A stretch of DNA of 64,000 nt from Opitutaceae bacterium (GCA_036401075.1 DASWVY010000036.1:16662-80661); one strand, 5' to 3'. Positions 18,303 to 29,230 are shown, numbered from the stretch's first letter. Notes: generated by a model not told the origin, from the sequence alone. A program made the numbers and translations.

Positions 18303-20012
18303 ATGCCGCTCGGAAAAATCCAGACCCAGATTGTCGCCGCGCTCGAGGCCATGAGCCGCCTCACGGCGGAGCAGCGCGCCACCATCGCCGCCAACCCGGA
18401 TGAACTGACGGGTGAGGCGCTCGACAAGCTGCTGCTCGAGGACTTTCGCATCACGTCCTTCCAGCTGCTGGTCGCCAAGGGCCGGGCGTTCGGCCTCGCA
18501 CCCTACAATGTGGCGCGGCACAAGGTCACGCCGCAGACATTCGAGCGCGTGCCGACCGAGTTCTGCCAGGAAAACCTGGTGCTGCCGGTCGGGCAGGTGG
18601 GTGAGTTGCTGCTCGTCGCGTTCGCGAATCCGTTCGACGTTTCGCTGCCGACCAAGATCCAGGAGATGACCGGCAAGCGGGTGATCCGCCTGCTCGGCCG
18701 CGAAAAGGATATCCGGGAGAAATTTTCGCGCGGCCAGGAGCCGGTCGCGGGATTCGCCGACGTGGTCTCGGCCATCGGCGCCGAGTTCGGCGGCGAGGGG
18801 GACATCAGCGAGGATGACCTCACGAGTGAGGAATCCGGGCCGATCATCGATCTTTCCAATCGCATCATCGAGGACGCCTACTACTCCGGCACGTCGGACA
18901 TCCATGTCGAGCCGTGGGAGAAGGAAGTCATTGTCCGCTATCGTATCGACGGCGTCTGCCAGGAAAAGCTCCGCCTCCCCGGCAAAGTCGGGCCGGCGCT
19001 GGTCGCGCGCCTCAAGATCATGTGCAACCTCGACATCGCCGAACGCCGGCTGCCGCAGGACGGGCGCATTGTCTTCAAGCAGTACACGAAAAAGAATCTC
19101 GATATCGACCTGCGTGTGTCGACCGCCCCCTTGAATCATGGTGAAGGCGTGGTCATGCGTATCCTCGACAAGCAGAAGTCGACGCTGCCGATGACCGCGC
19201 TCGGTTTCACCGAGGAAAACCTGGCGCGCTACCGCAGCTGCATCAGCCAGCCGTATGGCATGATCCTGCACTGCGGACCGACCGGCTCGGGCAAGTCGAT
19301 GACGCTTTATTCGGCGCTCAACGAAATCAACGCGCCCGATCTCGTCATCCGCACGGCGGAGGATCCGATCGAGTACACGCTCGCCGGCATCAACCAGATG
19401 CAGATGCACCGGCAGATTGGCCTGACTTTTGCGACCGCCCTGCGCGCGTTTCTGCGTCAGGATCCCGACATCATTCTCGTCGGCGAAATTCGCGACAAGG
19501 AAACGGCCGAGATCGCGGTCGAGGCCGCGCTCACCGGTCACTTGCTCATCTCCACACTGCACACGAACGACGCGCCGTCCACCGTCGCGCGTCTGACCGA
19601 TATGGAGGTTGAGCCGTTCATGATCTCATCGTCGCTGCTCTGCGTTTGCGCGCAACGCCTCATGCGCCGCGTCTGCAAGCAGTGCAAGCAGCCGTACACC
19701 CCGGAAGGCCGGGTGAAGGAGATTATGGAAAAGGCGATCGGCTGGAGCGGCACCATCTTCAAGGCCAACCCGGCCGGTTGCCCGAAGTGCGGCGGCAGTG
19801 GCTACAAGGGCCGCGTCGGTATCCACGAGTTGATGATCACCAACGAGGAGCTCATCGAGGCGATCAACAAGCGCGCCGAGACGGCTGAGCTCAAGCGCAT
19901 CGCCCAGCGCCAGGGCATGAAGACCCTGCACCAGGACAGCATGCAGAAGGTCAAGGACGGCGTCTCCACCTTTGAGGAGGCGATTGCGACGGTGCCGCCT
20001 GACATGTCCTGA
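18303..20012 (+). CDS. GspE/PilB-family type II/IV secretion ATPase
   Basis: 569 aa. N-terminal T2SSE_N-like region, Walker A GPTGSGKS, Asp box RTAEDPIEY, Walker B ILVGEIRD, His box LISTLHTND, and a tetracysteine motif [18 protein letters not shown]. Confidence 0.9.
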   Translation: MPLGKIQTQIVAALEAMSRLTAEQRATIAANPDELTGEALDKLLLEDFRITSFQLLVAKGRAFGLAPYNVARHKVTPQTFERVPTEFCQENLVLPVGQVGELLLVAFANPFDVSLPTKIQEMTGKRVIRLLGREKDIREKFSRGQEPVAGFADVVSAIGAEFGGEGDISEDDLTSEESGPIIDLSNRIIEDAYYSGTSDIHVEPWEKEVIVRYRIDGVCQEKLRLPGKVGPALVARLKIMCNLDIAERRLPQDGRIVFKQYTKKNLDIDLRVSTAPLNHGEGVVMRILDKQKSTLPMTALGFTEENLARYRSCISQPYGMILHCGPTGSGKSMTLYSALNEINAPDLVIRTAEDPIEYTLAGINQMQMHRQIGLTFATALRAFLRQDPDIILVGEIRDKETAEIAVEAALTGHLLISTLHTNDAPSTVARLTDMEVEPFMISSSLLCVCAQRLMRRVCKQCKQPYTPEGRVKEIMEKAIGWSGTIFKANPAGCPKCGGSGYKGRVGIHELMITNEELIEAINKRAETAELKRIAQRQGMKTLHQDSMQKVKDGVSTFEEAIATVPPDMS

Positions 20013-20071
20013 TGACCTTTTCCCTTGCGCCCGGCGCCCGACGCTTAAAGTGATCGCCTAGCCGACCTCCC

Positions 20072-20584
20072 ATGACTTCCCCTCGCTTGCTCTCTGTCCT
20101 TATTCTCGCCGCTGCCGTCGTTCTCGCGGGCTGCGAAAAGAAACCGGTTGAAGTTACCCGCCAGATGCAGGCGGAGGTCGCCAATCTGCTCAGCGAGGCG
20201 GACTTTGCGAACCAGGTCCGCGACTACGCCCGAGCCGAGCCGCTGCTGGCCAAGGTGGTCACGATCATCCCGGATGTCGGCGAGAACTGGGTGCTGCTGG
20301 GCGCCGCGCGCAAGCGGCTCAACAACACCTCCGGTGCGCGGACGGCCTATCGCGAGGCGCTCGCGGCGTTCGAGCGCGGCTATAAGGCCGACCCGAAGCG
20401 CACGGATTTCCTGCTGCAGCAGGTGTACGTCCACGCCCTGCTTGGCCAGGTGGACAAGGCCCGGGCGGTGTTGGAAAAGGCGGGCAAGGATCACCCGACG
20501 GACCGCGAGATCCAGGACTTCATCCGGGCCAAGGCGATCGACGGCATGCTGAGCGATCCGAACTTCAAGTCGGTCGCGCTGTGA
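20072..20584 (+). CDS. TPR-repeat lipoprotein
   Basis: 170 aa. Lipobox LAGC after a hydrophobic signal, followed by TPR-like helical repeats (NWVLLGAARKRLNNTSGARTAYREAL..). Confidence 0.7.
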   Translation: MTSPRLLSVLILAAAVVLAGCEKKPVEVTRQMQAEVANLLSEADFANQVRDYARAEPLLAKVVTIIPDVGENWVLLGAARKRLNNTSGARTAYREALAAFERGYKADPKRTDFLLQQVYVHALLGQVDKARAVLEKAGKDHPTDREIQDFIRAKAIDGMLSDPNFKSVAL

Positions 20585-20596
20585 AGGGCGTCGGTT

Positions 20597-20672
20597 TCAC
20601 GCGAAGGCGCGAAGCCGTCATTCCCTCATTTGAAGTCACCGTTCGTCTTCGCGGCTTCGCGCTTTCGCGTGA
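20597..20672. repeat. inverted repeat E (after the TPR lipoprotein gene)
   Basis: TCACGCGAAGGCGCGAAGCCG (20597-20617) against CGGCTTCGCGCTTTCGCGTGA (20652-20672), 20/21 complementary with a 34-nt loop. The arms contain a duplicated GCGAAG unit. Confidence 0.85.
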
Positions 20673-20722
20673 GCCATTCCGGAATGATGCTTTTGGGGAG
20701 ATCGCCTTGAGTGATCGCTGCC

Positions 20723-21364
20723 ATGCAAACCTACTGGGCTGAATTCGGAGCGATCACGCTGGCGCACTTGCTCGCGGTGGCGAGCCCGGGACCTGACTTT
20801 GCGATGGTGCTCCGACAGAGCCTCGCACACGGCCGCCGAACGGCCGTCTGGACGAGTATCGGGATCGGGAGCGGTATTCTGCTCCATGTGGGCTACTCGC
20901 TGCTGGGGCTCGGCCTGGTCTTTCGGAGTTCGCCGACCGCGTTCAACGTCGTGAAGTACGCCGGCGCGGCCTACCTCGCGTGGGTGGGCGTCCAGGCGAT
21001 CCGGCAGGCCCGGCCGCGCGGCGCTGGTACGGACGCGACCGGAGAGAGGGCAGTGCAGGTCCCGACGGTGCGCGCGGCCTGGACCACGGGATTTTTGACC
21101 AACGCTCTCAACCCGAAGGCGACGCTGTTCTTCGTCGCGCTCTTTCCCGTCGTGGTCAGCCCGACGACCCCACGCCTGGTCCAGGCCGGCTACGGCCTGT
21201 GGATGGCGCTGGCGACGATGGCGTGGTTTTCCCTCGTCTCGGTCATCTTCACGCAGGAGGCCACGCGTCGCGCCTTTCTGCGCTGGAGCCACTGGATCGA
21301 TCGTGCGCTCGGCGTGGTCTTCCTCGCCTTTGCCGTCGGGTTGGCGCTGGCGAGTCTGCGGTGA
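20723..21364 (+). CDS. LysE/RhtB-family amino-acid exporter
   Basis: 213 aa from ATG 20723 (the ORF opens at GTG 20711). N-terminal family motif ASPGPDF and about 6 TM segments. Confidence 0.85.
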   Translation: MQTYWAEFGAITLAHLLAVASPGPDFAMVLRQSLAHGRRTAVWTSIGIGSGILLHVGYSLLGLGLVFRSSPTAFNVVKYAGAAYLAWVGVQAIRQARPRGAGTDATGERAVQVPTVRAAWTTGFLTNALNPKATLFFVALFPVVVSPTTPRLVQAGYGLWMALATMAWFSLVSVIFTQEATRRAFLRWSHWIDRALGVVFLAFAVGLALASLR

Positions 21365-21548
21365 GCGGGCTTGCCGCGCCGTGAACGGGCTGGTTGGCTC
21401 TTGAATCCGACCGGATTGTCCGGTTTCGAAACCAGCCCGAAACAACCCTACCGGATGGAACATCTGGAGTATTTTCAGCAGAACGGCAGCCGGGAGCGCT
21501 GACGCCAGTCCGAACCACTTGATCGGAGAAACTCAAACCCACCTTACC

Positions 21549-21905
21549 ATGACCACCAAGCATCGCATCTTCACCATGAGCTTCGCGAACGTCTACCCGG
21601 CCTACATCGCCAAGGCGGAACGGAAGGGGCGGACGAAAGCGGAGGTGGATGAAATCATCCGCTGGCTGACCGGCTACACCCAGCGGCAATTCGAGGCACA
21701 GCTAAAGAAGCAGACTGACTTCGAGACCTTCTTCCGGGATGCGCCGAAGATGAACCCGGCGCGTACCTTGATCAAAGGCCTGATCTGCGGCGTGCGCATT
21801 GAGGAGATTGAGGAGCCGACGATGCGCGAGATTCGCTACCTCGATAAACTGGTCGACGAATTGGCGAAGGGCCGGGCGATGGAGAAGATCCTACGCACGG
21901 CGTAA
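21549..21905 (+). CDS. DUF2200-family protein
   Basis: 118 aa from ATG 21549. The N-terminal [37 protein letters not shown] pattern matches my recollection of DUF2200. Confidence 0.7.
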   Translation: MTTKHRIFTMSFANVYPAYIAKAERKGRTKAEVDEIIRWLTGYTQRQFEAQLKKQTDFETFFRDAPKMNPARTLIKGLICGVRIEEIEEPTMREIRYLDKLVDELAKGRAMEKILRTA

Positions 21906-21964
21906 GTCCCGGCGATGGTATGGACCGGGGTCCGCGACTTCGGTCCGATTTCACCCCAAAGACT

Positions 21965-23104
21965 TTAGACATACACACCGCCGCCGAGCAGGCGCTCGCC
22001 GTCGTGCAGGGCGAGGATCTGACCGCTGGCGAGGGCGCGCTGGGGTTGGTGAAAGCGGATCAAGGCCGAACCGGGGGCGGCTGGATCGGGCGTGAAGTCG
22101 AGTCGCACGCGCGGATCCCGGTAGCGCACGCGGCCCTCCAGCGTGCAGGGAGCGGTGAGGACGGGCGCGTTCCACTGGAGCCCGTGCACGCGCACCTCGG
22201 TTTGAAAAAGCCCCGGAGCGTCGCTCGCGTCGAACGCGACCAGGAGGGCGCGATCCTCCGCGCGCTTGCCGACCACGACGTAGGCCTGGTGGTCGGTGTT
22301 GGAGGGCACGCGGATGCCGCGGCGCTGGCCGAGCGTGTAGTAGTGCAGGCCACGATGCTCGCCGAGGACGCGGCCATCGCCGGCGCGGATGATTGGGCCG
22401 GGTTCGTCTGGCACGTACTGCCGGAGAAAATCCTGCATCTTCACTTCGCCGATGAAGCAGATGCCCTGGCTGTCCTTCTTGTCCGCCGTGGCGAGGCCCG
22501 CCTCGCGGGCGAGCCGGCGCAGCTCGGGTTTGGGCAGGTCGCCGATAGGGAAACGCGCGTCGCGTAGCTGGTCCTGCGAGAGCAGGGCGAGAAAGTAGGA
22601 CTGATCCTTGTTCTTGTCGGCACCCTCCAGCAGTTGAAATTGCGGATTGATGGTCGGCAGGCTGTTTCCGGATTCCGTCGTCCGCAGTCCAGAATCCGCA
22701 ATGACCTCGGTTCGTCGGGCATAGTGGCCGGTGGCGACCACGGGAAAACCGTGATCGTGGGCCCAGGCGCGGAACACACCGAATTTGATCTCCCGGTTGC
22801 ACATCACGTCGGGGTTGGGCGTGAGGCCATGGCGATAGCCGTCGAGGAGGTAGGCCACGACACGTTCGCGATAGTCCTTCATCAGGTTGACCACGACAAA
22901 CGGGATCCCGAGTTGGTCGGCGACGGCGCGGGCGTCATCGATGTCCTGCTGCCAGGGGCAGTGCCCAATGATGTTATCCTCGTTGATCCAGTTCTTCATG
23001 TAGGCCCCGGTCACGTCGTGCCCCTGCTGCTTGAGCAGCAGCGCGGCGACGGAGCTGTCGACTCCGCCGGACATGGCGACGAGGATTTTTTCACGTTGGC
23101 CCAC
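21965..23104 (-). CDS. mnmA: tRNA 2-thiouridine(34) synthase
   Basis: 379 aa with a GTG start. PP-loop [12 protein letters not shown] and catalytic-Cys context DSQGICFIG. Confidence 0.95.
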   Translation of the reverse strand: MGQREKILVAMSGGVDSSVAALLLKQQGHDVTGAYMKNWINEDNIIGHCPWQQDIDDARAVADQLGIPFVVVNLMKDYRERVVAYLLDGYRHGLTPNPDVMCNREIKFGVFRAWAHDHGFPVVATGHYARRTEVIADSGLRTTESGNSLPTINPQFQLLEGADKNKDQSYFLALLSQDQLRDARFPIGDLPKPELRRLAREAGLATADKKDSQGICFIGEVKMQDFLRQYVPDEPGPIIRAGDGRVLGEHRGLHYYTLGQRRGIRVPSNTDHQAYVVVGKRAEDRALLVAFDASDAPGLFQTEVRVHGLQWNAPVLTAPCTLEGRVRYRDPRVRLDFTPDPAAPGSALIRFHQPQRALASGQILALHDGERLLGGGVYV

Positions 23105-23156
23105 GCCGCTACCGGTGCGCGGCTGCGGCGGCTTGTCAATGGATTGTCGCGAAGCG

Positions 23157-23259
23157 GAGGTCGGCGATCAGAAGTCAGAGGTCAGGCAAACCTGTATTTC
23201 CAACGTATTTCCCGCTCCTGAATGCTGGCCCTGATCTCTGGCTTCTGAGCTCCGACCTC
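23157..23259. repeat. inverted repeat F (mnmA / GH13 divergent spacer)
   Basis: GAGGTCGGCGATCAGAAGTCAGAGGTCAGG (23157-23186) against CCTGATCTCTGGCTTCTGAGCTCCGACCTC (23230-23259), 26/30 complementary. The arms contain CAGAAGT/CAGAGGT heptads. Confidence 0.85.
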
Positions 23260-23316
23260 TTCTCGACTACTTCCGGCTTGTGCGGGATTCGGCGCGGAGG
23301 ATGCTTTGGGCAACGC

Positions 23317-25788
23317 ATGTCGTCGCAACGCGCGAAGAAAATCGTTCAGGCCTGGCTGGAGACCCCGACTCGCGGGGTTATCGAGCTTTCCCGTGACTGG
23401 AGGGCGAAGTATCCGCCTCCGCTCGCGCTGGGCGGCGGGGACGTGGCGTTTGCTTCGCTGCATCGCGTGCCTGATTACCTGTTTGGCTGCGCGAGCGGTT
23501 ATTTCGTCAACCGGAAGAGCGAGATCTTCTTTTTCCTGCGGCTCGACCGCCACCTGCAGCTCGATCCGGCCAAAGACGCCGTTTACCTCGCGGGTGACTT
23601 CAACGGCTGGGCGGGGGCAGGGAATCCGGATTGGGCCCTGCTGCCGGCCACGCTCGACGGTGACCCCGTGCTGCTGTGGTCGGGTGAGGCGCAGCGGTTT
23701 GCGGCCAACCCGTACATGCGTTTCAAGTTCGTCACCCAGTCGAATCGCTGGCTCGACGTGGCGGCCGATGCGCCGAACGCGGCGCGCGACGAGAACGGGA
23801 ACATCAATCACACGATTGATCCGGATCGGACGGGGCAGCATCTCTTCGAGTTCACGCTGGCCTCACCCGTCGATTTGAGCCGGCCGTGGTGGATTGAATG
23901 GGCGGACGGCGACACGCCGGCCACGGTGCCGCTGCGTCCGGGTCCTTATTTCTACAATCTGGCCACACAGCTTCCGCTGGGCGCGATCGCCGAGGGGCGT
24001 ACGACGACCTTCCGGTTGTTTGCCCCGCGGGCGAGCAAGGTCGAGTTGTTGGTTGCCGCCTCGGCCGAGGAGCAGGGCCGTCCGCACCGTTACGCGCTCG
24101 TGCGGCGACCGGCCCCGAGCCTGCTGCTGACCGATGCCGGCGAGGCGTGCGTGTGGGAGATCGTGCTCGATCACAATCTCCACGGGTGGGTTTATTGGTA
24201 TGCCGTCAGCGGACCGACGGATGCCTACGGCCTGTTCGATCCGGAGCATCGCGTGCTTGATCCCTATGCGCAGGCGACGCTCAGCCGCGAAGGTCCCGGG
24301 ATCGTGCTGGACCGCTCACGCCTGCCGAAACCGGATCGGAGCTTCGCGACGCCGTCGTGGCAGGATCTGGTGATCGCCGAGGCGCATGTGCGCGATTTAG
24401 TGACGCACGCGCCGGTAACGATGACGGCTGATCAGCGCCGCGGGTTTACCGGCCTGCGCGCCTGGGTGGACAGCCCCGAGTTCTACCTTTCGCGGCTGGG
24501 CGTGAACTGCGTCGAGCTTCAGCCGGTGCAGGAATTCGATAACGTCACGACCGACGAGTATCACTGGGGGTACATGACGAATGCCTTTCTCGCGCCCGAG
24601 AGCGCCTACGCGCTGGATCCGGCGCGCGCCTCGGGGGTGGGGGAGCTGCAGGAACTGGTGGCAGCGTTTCACCGTCGCGGCATCGCGGTTATCCTCGACG
24701 TGGTCTTCAATCACGTGGGTGTGCCGGCTCACCTGATGTTCATCGACAAGCTCTATTACTTCGAGGTCGACGGCGCCGGGAAACTCGAAAACTGGAGCGG
24801 GTGCGGCAATGACCTGAGGGCGCGCTCCGCGATGGCGCAGCGCCTGATCATCGACAGCTGTATTCACCTCATCGAGACGTATGCGATCGACGGGTTCCGC
24901 TTTGATCTGGCGGAGCTGATCGGGGCGGACGTGCTGCGTGAGGTGGAGCTGGCGGTGAAGCGCGCCAAGCCCGATGTGATCCTCATTGCCGAGCCCTGGA
25001 GCTTCCGCGGACACATCGCGGGTGCGCTGGCCGAGACCGGCTGGGCGTCGTGGAATGACGGTTACCGCAATTTCATGCGGGACTACGTCCATGGCGGTTC
25101 GACCCGCGAGGCGTTCGAATACCACCTGAAGGGCTCGCCCTGGTATTTTGCGCGCTGGCCGGCCCAGACCGTTAACTACTCCGAGTCGCACGACGACCGG
25201 ACCTGGATCGATGTCATCACCGAGAACCGGGACGGCAGTGGTTTCCATCCCACGCTCAACGACCGGCGGCGGACCCACCTGATGGCGGCGATTCTCTTCT
25301 CGTCGATCGGCATCCCGATGATCTCGGCCGGGCAGGACTTCCTGCGCTCCAAGCATGGCGTGAACAACACCTACCTGCGGGGTGACCTCAATGCGCTCGA
25401 TTATCGCCGGATCTATCGCTTCCCGTCGACCCATGCCTACTTCGCCGACTGGATCGCGTTTCGACGCTCCGAGGCGGGGCGGCTGCTCCGGCAGTTCTCG
25501 CGTCCGAGCGAGGGTTTTTTCCGGGTGCTGTTTGCGCCGGATTCCACGGCCGCCGCGGTGGTCTACAACGCCGACCTGTCGCAAGGTCCGCAGCAGCTGC
25601 TTTTCGTCGTGAATCCCACCCTGGTTGACGTGGTTCTGCCGCTTGATCCGGTGGTGGCCAACCGCCGGTGGCGGCAGCTGGCAGATCATGAAGAATTTCT
25701 CTCAAACGTGCGCAGCGGACTGGCGCGACCTGTTGGGGAAGAGCTATTTATGCCGGCGCTGGGTTGCGGCTTGTGGGCGACGCCCTGA
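23317..25788 (+). CDS. GH13 pullulanase/glycogen-debranching-type alpha-1,6-glucosidase
   Basis: 823 aa from ATG 23317. GH13 regions DVVFNHV, GFRFDLAEL, IAEPW and SESHDD. N-terminal carbohydrate-binding-like modules (AGDFNGWAG; TTFRLFAPRASKVELLV). Confidence 0.85.
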   Translation: MSSQRAKKIVQAWLETPTRGVIELSRDWRAKYPPPLALGGGDVAFASLHRVPDYLFGCASGYFVNRKSEIFFFLRLDRHLQLDPAKDAVYLAGDFNGWAGAGNPDWALLPATLDGDPVLLWSGEAQRFAANPYMRFKFVTQSNRWLDVAADAPNAARDENGNINHTIDPDRTGQHLFEFTLASPVDLSRPWWIEWADGDTPATVPLRPGPYFYNLATQLPLGAIAEGRTTTFRLFAPRASKVELLVAASAEEQGRPHRYALVRRPAPSLLLTDAGEACVWEIVLDHNLHGWVYWYAVSGPTDAYGLFDPEHRVLDPYAQATLSREGPGIVLDRSRLPKPDRSFATPSWQDLVIAEAHVRDLVTHAPVTMTADQRRGFTGLRAWVDSPEFYLSRLGVNCVELQPVQEFDNVTTDEYHWGYMTNAFLAPESAYALDPARASGVGELQELVAAFHRRGIAVILDVVFNHVGVPAHLMFIDKLYYFEVDGAGKLENWSGCGNDLRARSAMAQRLIIDSCIHLIETYAIDGFRFDLAELIGADVLREVELAVKRAKPDVILIAEPWSFRGHIAGALAETGWASWNDGYRNFMRDYVHGGSTREAFEYHLKGSPWYFARWPAQTVNYSESHDDRTWIDVITENRDGSGFHPTLNDRRRTHLMAAILFSSIGIPMISAGQDFLRSKHGVNNTYLRGDLNALDYRRIYRFPSTHAYFADWIAFRRSEAGRLLRQFSRPSEGFFRVLFAPDSTAAAVVYNADLSQGPQQLLFVVNPTLVDVVLPLDPVVANRRWRQLADHEEFLSNVRSGLARPVGEELFMPALGCGLWATP

Positions 25789-25900
25789 GGTTGGTACGGG
25801 GCAAACAAAACCCCCTTGCTTTCGCGGTTCGCGGTCACTTCCCTTGCGGGCCTACGCGTGCGTGTGGCGCGTTAACTCTGCATCAGTAAACAACAACTAG

Positions 25901-26962
<1,062 letters not shown>

Positions 26963-26982
26963 GCGCGCCGCCGCGCAGCAGC

Positions 26983-27034
26983 GAGGAGTGAGGAGCGGGT
27001 AACGAGCATGCAGCTCTGGCCCGCCTCACTCCTC
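26983..27034. repeat. hairpin after gap built from GAGGAGY heptads
   Basis: GAGGAGTGAGGAGCGGG (26983-26999) against CCCGCCTCACTCCTC (27020-27034), with a 2-nt bulge. About 20 nt downstream of the gap stop and followed by a T/C-rich run. Confidence 0.75.
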
Positions 27035-27042
27035 TTCTATTT

Positions 27043-27070
27043 CTACTCGCTACTGACTACTCGCTACTCG
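27043..27070 (+). repeat. tandem heptad tract (CTACTCG CTACTGA CTACTCG CTACTCG) in the pgk leader
   Basis: Four consecutive 7-nt units ending 13 nt before the pgk ATG (..TTCCTTTTCTCCCATG). Confidence 0.9.
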
Positions 27071-27083
27071 TTCCTTTTCTCCC

Positions 27084-28328
27084 ATGCCCACGTTCAAGAC
27101 CATCCGTGACCTCGATCTGAAGGGAAAGCGCGTGCTGATGCGCGTCGACTTCAACGTTCCGCAGGACAAGCAGACCGGTGCCATCACCAACACGCAGCGC
27201 ATTGCCGCTGCGCTGCCCACGATCAAGCACGCGCTCGATCAGGGTGCTTCCGTGGTGCTGATGAGCCACCTCGGGCGTCCGGACGGCCAGGTGATCGCGA
27301 AGTTCTCGCTCAAGCCCGTGGCGGCTGAACTCAGCAAGCTGCTGGGCCTGCCGGTGGCCTTTGCCGCCGACTGCGTGGGGCCCGTCGCCGAGCAGGCGGC
27401 GGCTGCGCTCAAGCCTGGCCAGGTCCTGTTGCTGGAGAATCTCCGCTTCCACATCGAGGAGGAGGGCAAGGTGAAGCTCGAGGACGGCACGTCCAAGAAA
27501 GCGGATCCGGCGGCGGTCGCCGCGTTCCGCGCCAGCCTGAGCAAGCTCGGCGACGTCTTCGTCAACGACGCCTTCGGCACCGCGCATCGCGCGCATTCGT
27601 CCATGGTCGGCGTGAATCTCTCCCAAAAGGCGGCCGGTTTCCTCATGGAAGCCGAGCTCAAGGCCTTCGCCAAGGTGCTCGATCATCCGGACCGCCCGCT
27701 CCTGGCCATCCTTGGTGGCGCCAAGATTGCGGACAAGATCCCGCTCATCAAGAACCTGCTCGAGAAGGCGAACAAGATCATCATCGGTGGCGGCATGGCC
27801 TACACCTTCCACAAGGTTCTCCGTGGCACGCCGATTGGCACCAGCCTGTACGACCCCGAGGGTGCGAAGATCGTCGAGGAACTCGTCGAGAAGGCCGCTC
27901 AGCGCAACGTCGAGCTGATCTTCCCGGTCGACTTTATCTGCTCGGACAAGTTCTCCCCCGACGCGAACACGTGTGCGGCGGACCTTGCCACCGGCATTCC
28001 GGACGGGTGGGGTGGGCTCGATGCGGGTCCCAAGTCGATCGCGCTCTACCGCGAGGCCATCCTTTCGTCCAAGACCATCATCTGGAACGGTCCGGCCGGC
28101 GTATTCGAATTCGACAAGTTTGCCGGTGCGACCAAGGCGATGGCCGAGGCGATCGCTGAGGCGACCGCCCAGGGCGCGACCACGATCGTCGGCGGCGGCG
28201 ACACCGCCACCGCGGCCAAGAAGTTCAAGGTCGCCGACAAGGTCACCCACTGTTCGACCGGCGGCGGCGCCAGCCTCGAGTTCCTCGAGGGCAAGGCCCT
28301 GCCCGGCGTCGTCTTCCTCGAATCGTAA
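27084..28328 (+). CDS. pgk: phosphoglycerate kinase
   Basis: 414 aa with RVDFNVP, SHLGRP and GGGDTA. Confidence 0.97.
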   Translation: MPTFKTIRDLDLKGKRVLMRVDFNVPQDKQTGAITNTQRIAAALPTIKHALDQGASVVLMSHLGRPDGQVIAKFSLKPVAAELSKLLGLPVAFAADCVGPVAEQAAAALKPGQVLLLENLRFHIEEEGKVKLEDGTSKKADPAAVAAFRASLSKLGDVFVNDAFGTAHRAHSSMVGVNLSQKAAGFLMEAELKAFAKVLDHPDRPLLAILGGAKIADKIPLIKNLLEKANKIIIGGGMAYTFHKVLRGTPIGTSLYDPEGAKIVEELVEKAAQRNVELIFPVDFICSDKFSPDANTCAADLATGIPDGWGGLDAGPKSIALYREAILSSKTIIWNGPAGVFEFDKFAGATKAMAEAIAEATAQGATTIVGGGDTATAAKKFKVADKVTHCSTGGGASLEFLEGKALPGVVFLES

Positions 28329-28364
28329 CGCAAGGACCGGGTATCTTGTTTCGCGACCGAATTT

Positions 28365-28396
28365 CTACTCGCTACCCGCTACTCGCTACTCACTAC
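28365..28396 (+). repeat. tandem heptad tract (CTACTCG CTACCCG CTACTCG CTACTCA CTAC) in the tpiA leader
   Basis: About 4.5 consecutive 7-nt units ending 7 nt before the tpiA ATG (..TTTTCCCATG). Same unit as at 27043-27070. Confidence 0.9.
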
Positions 28397-28403
28397 TTTT
28401 CCC

Positions 28404-29171
28404 ATGATTCGCAAGAAGCTGATCGCCGGTAACTGGAAGATGAACAAGACGTCGTCCGACGCCGTCGCCTTGGTGGGCGAAATCGTCGCGGCGGTCGGTC
28501 GCAACACCGACGTCGACGTCGTGGTGTGCCCGCCGTTCACCTCGCTCGAGAGCGTGTTCAAGGCGATCGATGGCTCCACCGTGAAGCTTGGTGCGCAGAA
28601 CATGCACCCGGAGCCGAGCGGCGCCTACACGGGCGAGATCTCCGCGGCGATGCTGCGCTCGCTGTTCGCGAGCTACGTCATCCTCGGTCACAGCGAACGC
28701 CGCACGTACTTCGCCGAGAGCGACGCCTTCATCAACCAGAAGGTCATCTCCGCCCTCAAGGCCCAGCTGAAGCCGATCCTTTGCGTCGGTGAGACGCTCG
28801 GTGAGCGCGAGGCCGGCTCTACGCTCAAGGTCGTGCAAACCCAGCTTGAAGGCGCCCTCGAAGGCGTGAGCAAGGACCTCGCGACGAGCGTGGTGCTGGC
28901 TTACGAGCCTGTCTGGGCGATCGGAACCGGCAAGGTCGCCACCACCGAGCAGGCGCAGGAGGTGCACGCCTTCATCCGCGGCCTGCTGACGAAGCTCTTC
29001 GGTGCCGCGACGTCCGGCAAGATGCGCATTCTCTATGGCGGCTCGATGAAGCCGGCGAACGCGGCCGAGCTGCTCGCGCAAAAGGACATCGACGGCGGTC
29101 TCATCGGTGGCGCCAGCCTCGAGTCACGCAGCTTCGTCGATCTGGTCAAGGCCGCCGCAGCGGCCAAGTAA
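28404..29171 (+). CDS. tpiA: triosephosphate isomerase
   Basis: 255 aa with AGNWKMN, AYEPVWAIGTG and ILYGGS. Confidence 0.97.
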   Translation: MIRKKLIAGNWKMNKTSSDAVALVGEIVAAVGRNTDVDVVVCPPFTSLESVFKAIDGSTVKLGAQNMHPEPSGAYTGEISAAMLRSLFASYVILGHSERRTYFAESDAFINQKVISALKAQLKPILCVGETLGEREAGSTLKVVQTQLEGALEGVSKDLATSVVLAYEPVWAIGTGKVATTEQAQEVHAFIRGLLTKLFGAATSGKMRILYGGSMKPANAAELLAQKDIDGGLIGGASLESRSFVDLVKAAAAAK

Positions 29172-29198
29172 CTGAACGAAAGGGCCGTTGGCTGGGGC

Positions 29199-29230
29199 AT
29201 CCCGGGAATCAAAGGATCCCGGGATTTTTC
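29199..29230 (+). terminator. intrinsic terminator of the gap-pgk-tpiA unit
   Basis: ATCCCGGGA-loop-TCCCGGGAT followed by TTTTT, about 30 nt after the tpiA stop. Confidence 0.8.

Noticed and set aside
21436-21449. The 14-mer CCCGAAACAACCCT is shared between the lysE-DUF2200 spacer and the loop of hairpin D1 (47535-47548).
   Set aside because: A single shared 14-mer among about 128 kb of two-strand sequence is within chance expectation. The flanking bases do not extend the match.
27043-28396. CRISPR-like arrays, considered because of the many short tandem repeats.
   Set aside because: The units are 6-14 nt, directly abutting, with no unique spacers of 25-40 nt. No cas genes occur anywhere in the window.
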